This document shows, piece by piece, positions 19,139 through 30,362 of a stretch of 64,000 bases of DNA; within the stretch, counting starts at the first letter, position 1, and each line of letters opens with the position of its first letter. The DNA is taken from contig CABUZJ010000003.1 in assembly GCA_902496015.1 (NCBI GenBank), positions 82,402 to 146,401 on the forward strand. Direction: 5' to 3'. The DNA comes from an uncultured Eubacteriales bacterium. GTDB taxonomy: Bacteria; Bacillota; Clostridia; Christensenellales; UBA1242. Under the pieces are notes generated by a model. It searched no databases, was not told where the DNA came from, and worked only from the letters and a program-made list of their open reading frames with translations. The position numbers and the translations under genes are program-made.

Positions 19139-19348
19139 ATGGCAATGATAGACCCACCAATTGAAAAAATTATAGAAATGGCAGGAAGCCGTTACGCTTT
19201 ATGCACAGTTATAACAAAAAGAGCAAAAGAATTGTTGCTTGAACGCCCAGACTTTTTTAAGCAAAATTTAAAAATAAAACCTATTGAATATGCTAGTCAA
19301 GAATTTTATGATGGAAAATTCACCATTGTAAAAACTGAAAGAAAATAA
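19139..19348 (+). CDS. rpoZ: DNA-directed RNA polymerase subunit omega
   Basis: MAMIDPPIEKIIEMAGSRYALCTVITKRAKEL is the RpoZ signature. AGGAG RBS. Monocistronic on the opposite strand to its neighbours. Confidence 0.9.
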   Translation: MAMIDPPIEKIIEMAGSRYALCTVITKRAKELLLERPDFFKQNLKIKPIEYASQEFYDGKFTIVKTERK

Positions 19349-19349
19349 C

Positions 19350-19384
19350 AAAAAAATATCCATAATTATATGGATATTTTTTTA
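19350..19384. terminator. Bidirectional terminator between rpoZ and ligA
   Basis: ATATCCATA (19356-19364) pairs with TATGGATAT (19369-19377), flanked by an A-run and a T-run. Confidence 0.75.
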
Positions 19385-19398
19385 ATTAAATTTAAATT

Positions 19399-23605
<4,207 letters not shown>

Positions 23606-23831
23606 ATTTTTCTCTTTTATGTTTTTATTAAGTTTAACAAATAAACCTTAAAAAAGCAAATAAACCAGCTGGACATTTAACATAATTTTAATTTTAAAAA
23701 TTTTTAAATAATATGACTAATTTTGACGAAAAATAAAACTAAATAAAAAATTTTGACAAGTTTTGCAAAAGACAGCCACACATTAGCACAAAGTATTAAA
23801 ATAAATATTATTATAAAAAGGAGCAATAGAT

Positions 23832-24182
23832 ATGGCAAAATCAACACTTAAAGCACTAGCACAAAAGGCAAAAAATAGATTAAAAAATGTTTCTTTAAAC
23901 TTAAATGAAGAAACAAGTCAAGAAGAACATATCAAAAGGGTTGGGCTTGCAAGTCATGAATATGCAATTATTGCTACTAAAATTAAAATTGAAGATGACC
24001 CAATTTATAATAAAGTTATAAAACTTTTAACAAAAAATCCCGACACTTATAAACCACTAGGCGAACTAATTGAGCACGATATTTATGATAAATTAACAGA
24101 GCCCGACAAACAGCGATATATATTAAATTTAAGTTCACGCTATCAAACAATAAAAAATAAATACTTACAAAGCATTACATAA
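23832..24182 (+). CDS. Hypothetical protein, 116 aa
   Basis: ORF with AAGGAG RBS. Lys-rich N-terminus. No recognisable family. Confidence 0.5.
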   Translation: MAKSTLKALAQKAKNRLKNVSLNLNEETSQEEHIKRVGLASHEYAIIATKIKIEDDPIYNKVIKLLTKNPDTYKPLGELIEHDIYDKLTEPDKQRYILNLSSRYQTIKNKYLQSIT

Positions 24183-24325
24183 ATTATTAATGTTTTAATA
24201 AACTAAACATATAAGTTGCAATTTAATTATTGTTTTATAAAAATATTTATAAATAATTTAAAGTTGAAGCAATTTTTGCAAATTTAATACAGAATAAAAA
24301 ATAAATAAAAAATTTTGCATGTTAT

Positions 24326-24354
24326 AAATAATTTGTAAATAACTGGGCATACTA
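24326..24354 (+). promoter_or_regulatory. Possible forespore-type (sigma-G-like) promoter of the yjzC-like gene
   Basis: Perfect -10 CATACTA (24348-24354). The -35 position at 17-nt spacing reads AAATA (24326-24330), which lacks the consensus G. Confidence 0.3.
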
Positions 24355-24370
24355 TTTCTAGGAGGTAACT

Positions 24371-24547
24371 ATGGGTAATAGAAAGTACAGACCAGGTGAA
24401 AATGTTCCAATGTCTTGTAATTACAGGGCATATGACGAACAAGGTAATGACGGGGGTAAACTATACCTAGAAAAAGGAAGCCGTTTCCCTGCAACCCAAC
24501 ACGAAGGTTCATATTATGTTATGGACATGCGTGATGAAAATTCATAA
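24371..24547 (+). CDS. YjzC-like small protein, 58 aa (not in the ORF track)
   Basis: Own translation: MGNRKYRPGENVPMSCNYRAYDEQGNDGGKLYLEKGSRFPATQHEGSYYVMDMRDENS. Strong RBS TAGGAGGT and a terminator follows. The pattern (KxxPGExxP...G.RFP.T...) resembles the YjzC family as I recall it. Confidence 0.6.
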   Translation: MGNRKYRPGENVPMSCNYRAYDEQGNDGGKLYLEKGSRFPATQHEGSYYVMDMRDENS

Positions 24548-24564
24548 TTAAATATAAAAAAGCA

Positions 24565-24596
24565 AAAGTCATTGAATTCTTCAATGACTTTTTTAT
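24565..24596 (+). terminator. Rho-independent terminator of the yjzC-like gene
   Basis: 12-bp stem AAAGTCATTGAA (24565-24576) pairs with TTCAATGACTTT (24580-24591), followed by a T-run. Confidence 0.8.
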
Positions 24597-24684
24597 TATT
24601 TTTTTATATTAATGATATTACATTAAAAAGTAGAAAAAATAATATTATTATGCTATACTATAATAAATTAAAGGAGATTAGCAA

Positions 24685-25227
24685 ATGACAAAATCAACTA
24701 TATCAACAAAACATTTAACAAGTTTTACTGAACTTTCAAAAGAACTAAACTGGAATACCTTTTCTATTAATACCCCAGACGGAAATAAATTAACTAAAAA
24801 TAATTTCACCCTTATAGCAATTGGATATCCAAATAAAGAATTTGAAAAATGGGATATGGAAATTTTAAATAATGATTATTCTACAAAAGAAGATTTAATA
24901 TATGTACTAGTTATTGAGAATAAGATTCTAAAAATTGGTAAGAGTATAACAACAATGAAAAAAAGAATACAATCATACCATTGCGGTAAGAATGCATATA
25001 GATTAAAAAATAATTCAACAAACTCTTCAACAAACTGGTTTATTTTGCAATCAGTTTTGGCGATAGGAAAACCTGTTTATATTTATGCTTTATATGTGCC
25101 TAATACAAAAGGAACATTTATGGGTTGGGTTTATCAAAATAGAATTTCAAAAGAAATTGAAAACAAAATTATTTCATCATTTTCAACACAATATGGATTT
25201 AAACCAATAGGAAATAGACAATTTTAA
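24685..25227 (+). CDS. Putative GIY-YIG-type restriction endonuclease (Lys variant of the YIG half-motif), 180 aa
   Basis: LIY73-x9-K83IG-x8-R94xxxY98H99 ... E157/E159-N160 fits GIY-YIG catalytic spacing. The gene is convergent with, and 14 nt from, an m6A methyltransferase gene. AAGGAG RBS. Confidence 0.55.
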   Translation: MTKSTISTKHLTSFTELSKELNWNTFSINTPDGNKLTKNNFTLIAIGYPNKEFEKWDMEILNNDYSTKEDLIYVLVIENKILKIGKSITTMKKRIQSYHCGKNAYRLKNNSTNSSTNWFILQSVLAIGKPVYIYALYVPNTKGTFMGWVYQNRISKEIENKIISSFSTQYGFKPIGNRQF

Positions 25228-25241
25228 ACATTTTTTTATTT

Positions 25242-26531
25242 TTAATATTTAATTAAATTGTATAATTCATTTATAATTTGAATTTCTTTATCTGTAAATT
25301 TATAATTATTTTCAAATTTTAAATGCTTTAAAAGCATTATATTATTAAAATTTCCATATCTAGTTAAATGTATAATAACTTTATATTCGGGTCTTTTCAA
25401 TAAATTTAAATAATCTGTTGCTTCTTTTTTATAATTAAAAGCAATATAGCCAACAGATTGTGTTACATTTACTTTGTTTCTAATAAATGGCACAAAATAA
25501 GTTGAAAGCGGAATAATTATCAACCATTTATTATAAATATCTTGTTTTTCATTAGCATACCTAGTTTTCTTTACCGTATGAATAGTCTCATATCGATAAA
25601 TTTCATCTTTTTTATCACTTAATTTACTTTTCTGTGTAAAGTTATGTAAATCACATCTGTATTTAAATTTTCCATTATCACCATTTACCATTTTCAATAC
25701 AATAGATATGACTTCATTAGATAAATATAATGGCAAAAATTGCATTGATTTTGGAATAATTACATTTTCTTGAATATCTTTTTTAAGATAAGAATTAATA
25801 ACTTTTGTTTTATTATCAAATATTCCCTTTTGCCAAACAAATACTGTAAAGGATGATCCTATTTGTGGAAAATATTTTTTAACATTATTATCTATAACAA
25901 CAAAACTTCCACATGACAATAAACTTTTTAATGTTGTATTGTTATTATTAAAAGTCATCCAATTATTTGGTGTTATAAAACAAATGTACCCTTTATTTTT
26001 TACCAATTTTATGCTTTGCTCAATGAATTTATTGGATATACTTTGATTTTTATTTCCACCACCCGAATAAGGTGGATTAGCAATAACTAAATCAAATTGA
26101 TTTTTCATATTGAGGCATAATGCATCTTCATTCAATAAATGTTTAGGATTTAATAAATCTCTGCAATTCGCAAGTCTGTTAATATTTAAATCATTATACC
26201 AAATATTATTATCATTAGTTTTAAATCGACAATAAGCACCAAAGTTTCCATTTCCACAACAAGGATCTAAAATCTTAATTCTTTTTCTTTTCCAAAATTC
26301 ATTTGGAATATAATCCACCATTTGCTTTACACACTCCATAGGTGTGCAAATATCATCTTTTGAAACAAAATGCGACTTATCCAAATTCAAATTATTAAAT
26401 ATGTTAAAAACCTCTTCAAGTGAAGCATTTTTAATAGACTGATATCGATTTTTTATACCTTTCAATAGGTCATTGGTTTTGTTTTCTAAATTTAAATCAA
26501 AAATAGATATTTGTGTATTGTCTTTTGCCAT
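25242..26531 (-). CDS. Site-specific DNA N6-adenine methyltransferase, gamma class (TaqI-like architecture)
   Basis: Motif I ILDPCCGNGNFG comes before motif IV VIANPPYSGG, with a ~270-aa C-terminal putative target-recognition domain. Start set at ATG 26531; the ORF-track start at 26537 is a TTG. Confidence 0.85.
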   Translation of the reverse strand: MAKDNTQISIFDLNLENKTNDLLKGIKNRYQSIKNASLEEVFNIFNNLNLDKSHFVSKDDICTPMECVKQMVDYIPNEFWKRKRIKILDPCCGNGNFGAYCRFKTNDNNIWYNDLNINRLANCRDLLNPKHLLNEDALCLNMKNQFDLVIANPPYSGGGNKNQSISNKFIEQSIKLVKNKGYICFITPNNWMTFNNNNTTLKSLLSCGSFVVIDNNVKKYFPQIGSSFTVFVWQKGIFDNKTKVINSYLKKDIQENVIIPKSMQFLPLYLSNEVISIVLKMVNGDNGKFKYRCDLHNFTQKSKLSDKKDEIYRYETIHTVKKTRYANEKQDIYNKWLIIIPLSTYFVPFIRNKVNVTQSVGYIAFNYKKEATDYLNLLKRPEYKVIIHLTRYGNFNNIMLLKHLKFENNYKFTDKEIQIINELYNLIKY

Positions 26532-26790
26532 TTTCAAGTTATTTCCTTTACATTATTTTAAGTATAAAAATCCAAAATCACAATTAAAATAATAAAATAT
26601 TCTTATATTGCGACATTATCTAATTTAAATAATATGTTATTAGTATAACACAAATTTTATTGCTACTCAAATATTTTTATATTTATATACTAACAATAAA
26701 TAAACTAATATAAATATATATTTTGTTAAAAAAATAAAATCTAATAAAATCCACAATTTTTCTTAAACTAATAATTAATAAAATTATAAT

Positions 26791-26876
26791 TGGTGCGGGC
26801 GACAGGAGTTGAACCTGCACAAGAGAATCTTACACGGACCTGAACCATGCGTGTCTGCCAATTCCACCACGCCCGC
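26791..26876 (-). tRNA. tRNA-Leu (anticodon CAG), class II with long variable arm
   Basis: Manual cloverleaf: acceptor GCGGGCG/CGCCCGC, anticodon stem CATGG/CCGTG, loop TTCAGGT, T-loop TTCAACT, encoded CCA. Confidence 0.9.
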
Positions 26877-27000
26877 TTATATTCTAATTTTATCAGTATT
26901 TTTTATTTTTAGCAATAATTATTAATTACTTTATTTTTATTTAATCTATTTTTTAGTTTAAAATATATGATATAAATTTTAAAATTTTGTCAAAATTTAT

Positions 27001-27029
27001 TGACAACTTGTGCTGTTCGTGGTATGCTT
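27001..27029 (+). promoter_or_regulatory. Sigma-A-type promoter of the tRNA operon
   Basis: TTGACA (27001-27006), 17-nt spacer, TATGCT (27024-27029). Preceded by ATTTTGTCAAAATTT, which recurs upstream of the second tRNA promoter. Confidence 0.55.
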
Positions 27030-27097
27030 TAAAAGCATGTAGTAGTTTACATGTAAAATTAATGGTAGCATTAATTTGAAGATTTTATTAAATATAT

Positions 27098-27171
<74 letters not shown>

Positions 27172-27202
27172 TAAAACAAACAAAAATGTTTGGCTTTCGC
27201 TT

Positions 27203-27279
27203 GTGCCTGTAGCTCAGCAGGATAGAGCATCGCCCTTCTAAGGCGAGGGTCGGGGGTTCGAATCCCTCCAGGCACACCA
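27203..27279 (+). tRNA. tRNA-Arg (anticodon TCT)
   Basis: Acceptor GTGCCTG/CAGGCAC, anticodon stem TCGCC/GGCGA, loop CTTCTAA, T-loop TTCGAAT, CCA. Confidence 0.92.
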
Positions 27280-27315
27280 TTCAACTGTGCTGTGGAAAAC
27301 AACACTGTTTAATAT

Positions 27316-27393
27316 GGTGGGTATAGCTCAGTTGGTTAGAGCGCCAGATTGTGGCTCTGGAGGTCGTGGGTTCGAATCCCACTACTCACCCCA
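27316..27393 (+). tRNA. tRNA-His (anticodon GTG) with encoded G-1
   Basis: Extra 5' G, acceptor GTGGGTA/TACTCAC, anticodon stem CCAGA/TCTGG, loop TTGTGGC, T-loop TTCGAAT, CCA. Confidence 0.92.
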
Positions 27394-27419
27394 CTAATTT
27401 AAAACTAAATAATAATCTT

Positions 27420-27494
27420 TGGGGTGTCGCCAAGCGGTAAGGCACGAGACTTTGACTCTCGCATTCGTAGGTTCAAATCCTGCCACCCCAGCCA
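27420..27494 (+). tRNA. tRNA-Gln (anticodon TTG)
   Basis: Acceptor TGGGGTG/CACCCCA, anticodon stem CGAGA/TCTCG, loop CTTTGAC, T-loop TTCAAAT, CCA. Confidence 0.92.
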
Positions 27495-27528
27495 ATGGCT
27501 TAATCATGCGGAATGAATTTATTTGCAT

Positions 27529-27603
27529 TGGGGTGTCGCCAAGCGGTAAGGCATGGGACTCTGACTCCCACATTCGAGGGTTCGAATCCTTCCGCCCCAG
27601 CCA
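27529..27603 (+). tRNA. tRNA-Gln (anticodon CTG)
   Basis: Acceptor TGGGGTG/CGCCCCA, anticodon stem TGGGA/TCCCA, loop CTCTGAC, T-loop TTCGAAT, CCA. Confidence 0.92.
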
Positions 27604-27639
27604 ATTAAAAACAAATTTTGTCAAAATTTTTGAATATTA

Positions 27640-27668
27640 TTGACAATATAATTTCTGTTTGATATACT
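27640..27668 (+). promoter_or_regulatory. Internal sigma-A-type promoter in front of tRNA-Lys
   Basis: TTGACA (27640-27645), 17-nt spacer, TATACT (27663-27668). The upstream ATTTTGTCAAAATTT element is shared with the first tRNA promoter. Confidence 0.55.
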
Positions 27669-27682
27669 AACAAAGTTCTTAT

Positions 27683-27758
27683 GGTTCACTAGCTCAGTCG
27701 GTAGAGCACTTGACTTTTAATCAAGGGGTCCCGGGTTCGAATCCCGGGTGAGCCACCA
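27683..27758 (+). tRNA. tRNA-Lys (anticodon TTT)
   Basis: Acceptor GGTTCAC/GTGAGCC, anticodon stem CTTGA/TCAAG, loop CTTTTAA, T-arm CCCGGG-TTCGAAT-CCCGGG, CCA. Confidence 0.92.
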
Positions 27759-27914
27759 CTGCCCTTACCGATTGCAACAAGCAATTATTGCATAAACAAC
27801 CTCCGTAAGACTGGGTGTAAGAAAAATCTTACACACATTCTTACAACCCTTTTATTAGATTAACTAATTAAAACCAACTAATGTTTATTACTAAAAAATA
27901 AAATTAAATACAAT

Positions 27915-27998
27915 GCGGATGTGGTGAAATGGCAGACACGCTAGACTTAGGATCTAGTGCTGAGAGGCGTGGGGGTTCAAGTCCCTTCATCCGCACCA
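27915..27998 (+). tRNA. tRNA-Leu (anticodon TAG), class II
   Basis: Acceptor GCGGATG/CATCCGC, anticodon stem CTAGA/TCTAG, loop CTTAGGA, long variable arm, T-loop TTCAAGT, CCA. Confidence 0.92.
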
Positions 27999-28030
27999 AA
28001 ACACAAAATATTGTGTAAATAATTTAATGA

Positions 28031-28058
28031 ATACCACTATATTTAGTGGTATTTTTTA
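28031..28058 (+). terminator. Rho-independent terminator ending the tRNA cluster
   Basis: ATACCACTA (28031-28039) pairs with TAGTGGTAT (28044-28052), followed by a T-run. Confidence 0.75.
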
Positions 28059-28296
28059 TTTAATATTTTTTTACTCAAATGTGAGTAACATGTGAGTAAT
28101 ATTAATGTTGTGTTTCGATTAGAATTTTTCGAGTATTTCATTATTAAATAAATGTTAATTATAATTTAAGAAAAAAAATAAATGGTATTAATCTTATTTT
28201 ATCTTCTTTATAAATTATTCTATATTTTTAATAATTACCTATACAATTTATTTACTGTCAATTTTTTATTTATTAATTGCAAATTTTTATTTGATA

Positions 28297-28325
28297 TTGA
28301 ATTTTAATATCCAATTTGTTATAAT
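28297..28325 (+). promoter_or_regulatory. Sigma-A-type promoter of the 182-aa hypothetical gene
   Basis: TTGAAT (28297-28302), 17-nt spacer, TATAAT (28320-28325), with TG at the extended -10 position. Confidence 0.55.
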
Positions 28326-28347
28326 ATTTGTAACAAGGAGTTTTATT

Positions 28348-28896
28348 ATGAAAGAAGAAATAATTGAATTATATAAAAATTTTTTAAATAGTTCTAAAAA
28401 ACAAAAATTTGGTTTAATTGTAAACGATTGTATAATCCTTACAAATAATGAAACCTTATTTAAAAGTATATATAGTCAAGAGCAAATAATTAAAAATAAC
28501 TATATTTCTAATTCACCTAATTTAACTTATAATGTAATTAAATTTGATGATCTTAACATAAGTACTTATGACTTTCAATCATTAACGCAAAATTTAGATA
28601 TAAAACTAGCAGTTTTAATATCAAATGAAGATAAGTGGACAGGTTCTAATAAATCTTCTACTCTTATGCTCACAACCAATACTCATGACTATAAATCTAC
28701 ACTGCCCGTAATTTTAAATGCTTGTATTAATAATATGATAAAATATTCTACTAATTTAATAATCAATGCAAGATTAGCACAAAATTATAGCGTTACAGAT
28801 TTTTTAAAAGGTTATAATTCATGGTATGAGTTAGAAAATGCTAAAAAAGAAATTTTAAGTTTTATTGAATCTAATGAAAATGAAATTAGCAAATAA
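28348..28896 (+). CDS. Hypothetical protein, 182 aa
   Basis: Start set at ATG 28348 (AAGGAG RBS); the ORF-track start at 28291 is upstream of the promoter -10. No recognisable family. N/S/I-rich. Confidence 0.55.
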   Translation: MKEEIIELYKNFLNSSKKQKFGLIVNDCIILTNNETLFKSIYSQEQIIKNNYISNSPNLTYNVIKFDDLNISTYDFQSLTQNLDIKLAVLISNEDKWTGSNKSSTLMLTTNTHDYKSTLPVILNACINNMIKYSTNLIINARLAQNYSVTDFLKGYNSWYELENAKKEILSFIESNENEISK

Positions 28897-28927
28897 AAAA
28901 AATAAGCGGAGAATTCCGCTTATTTTA
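28897..28927. terminator. Bidirectional terminator between the 182-aa gene and the M16 peptidase gene
   Basis: AAGCGG (28904-28909) pairs with CCGCTT (28916-28921), flanked by an A-run and a T-run. It overlaps the peptidase stop codon. Confidence 0.7.
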
Positions 28928-30233
28928 TTCCTTTATAAATAATATTACAAATTTGCTTATATGTAGGCAAATCTTCTTTTTTTATATCTCCCATAAAAGT
29001 AATATATGGCAAATTATCTTTATTAAAAATTTTATGCTTAAAATCATTTATAGATTTTATTGTAACTTTCTTCGCCGCTTTTATTCTTTTATTAGTTTTA
29101 ACTAAATATAAGTTATTCCCTTTACCTTCGTTTAAAAGTAAATCTAAATAGTTAACAGCATTATCCATTTTACTATAATCCAAAATTTCATCCCAAATAT
29201 AAATTGCATTATTTTTTAATTTAGTTAATTCTTCATTTGTTAATTCATGATAAAGCAAATATTTAATTGATTTATTAACCTCTTTTAAAACTGCCATCAA
29301 TTTTTCTTTTGAAGTTTTAATAATGATATTAAATAGTTGCGTATCAAAATTGTAAGAATTATTAATACTGCAACTATATATTAATCCCTTATTTCTAAGA
29401 TTAACATAAAGCATATTTTTATTTCTTAAAAAATATCTTGAAAGATAATTTTGTTCAAATGTAAGTTTTAGTAATTTGAATGGTAAATTAAACTTAAAAC
29501 TTAATTTCAAACTTATAGTTTTGTCTTCATTTGTAACCACTTGCATAGAAGGTTCTTTATCTATTTCCCTTTCGATTCTATCTTGCTTAAAATTAATATT
29601 AGAATCGACATTTTTAAAAACATATTTATATAATATTTTCTTTACTTTAAACCATGGAAGGTTTCCAACATAGCAACCATAAAAATTTTCTAAAAGAAAA
29701 TATTTATCATGAAAATCTTGTAAATCTTGTAAAGTTATATTATCTATATCTTTTTCGCAACCTAAACTCATTTCATTTGTCATCTTATTATTATAAAGCA
29801 AAAATCCATGTTGATAGCTTAAATTTCTAATAGATTTATCATTTTTTATTCGATATTCTTCTTTTATAACTCCCCTTTCTGTTTTAATGTGCTCCTCACT
29901 AAGTTTGGTTTGTGTTAAAATTTCACCAGCAAATTCCATAGACTTTTCAAATAATTTGTTAGTTCTACTAAAATTTATGGCTAACAAATTACTTGAAGTA
30001 TAAGCATTTAAAGAAGGTATAATTTCTTCAATAACTTCACTAATTTTTTCTTTAGTTTTATTCTTAGTGCCATTAAAAAGCATATGCTCTAAAAAATGAG
30101 CCAAACCATTTTTTGTGTTATAATTATGCCCCGCTTGAAAACCTATAACAACTGAAGAATAGTTATTTCTATTGTCTTTTTGATAAATAAAAGTTGCACC
30201 ATTCTTAAACTTTATAATTTTTGGTTTGTTCAT
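28920..30233 (-). CDS. M16 (pitrilysin/insulinase) family zinc peptidase
   Basis: Inverted zinc motif HFLEH (GLAHFLEHMLFNG) with a downstream Glu region. Start set at ATG 30233 (AGGAG RBS), not 30266. Confidence 0.8.
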   Translation of the reverse strand: MNKPKIIKFKNGATFIYQKDNRNNYSSVVIGFQAGHNYNTKNGLAHFLEHMLFNGTKNKTKEKISEVIEEIIPSLNAYTSSNLLAINFSRTNKLFEKSMEFAGEILTQTKLSEEHIKTERGVIKEEYRIKNDKSIRNLSYQHGFLLYNNKMTNEMSLGCEKDIDNITLQDLQDFHDKYFLLENFYGCYVGNLPWFKVKKILYKYVFKNVDSNINFKQDRIEREIDKEPSMQVVTNEDKTISLKLSFKFNLPFKLLKLTFEQNYLSRYFLRNKNMLYVNLRNKGLIYSCSINNSYNFDTQLFNIIIKTSKEKLMAVLKEVNKSIKYLLYHELTNEELTKLKNNAIYIWDEILDYSKMDNAVNYLDLLLNEGKGNNLYLVKTNKRIKAAKKVTIKSINDFKHKIFNKDNLPYITFMGDIKKEDLPTYKQICNIIYKGIK

Positions 30234-30315
30234 AAATTTTATTTCTCCTAACATTATTTTATACAACTTAAACTCATTTTATTTTAACATAACCAACAAT
30301 TTAATTCAATATTAT

Positions 30316-30344
30316 GAATAAAAACACTTGTAAAAAACAAACTA
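30316..30344 (+). promoter_or_regulatory. Forespore-type (sigma-G/sigma-F-like) promoter candidate upstream of the GH18 gene
   Basis: GAATA (30316-30320), 17-nt spacer, CAAACTA (30338-30344). This fits the B. subtilis sigma-G consensus GHATR-N17/18-CATXHTA at all but one position. The -35 region shares the string ATGAATAAAAACAC with the sigG upstream region. Confidence 0.4.
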
Positions 30345-30362
30345 ATATTAAAGGAGTGCTAT

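Noticed and set aside
23606-26790. Calling the R-M islet a mobile genetic element
   Set aside because: No integrase, transposase or recombinase is present, and I saw no terminal or direct repeats by eye. I report it only as an accessory islet.
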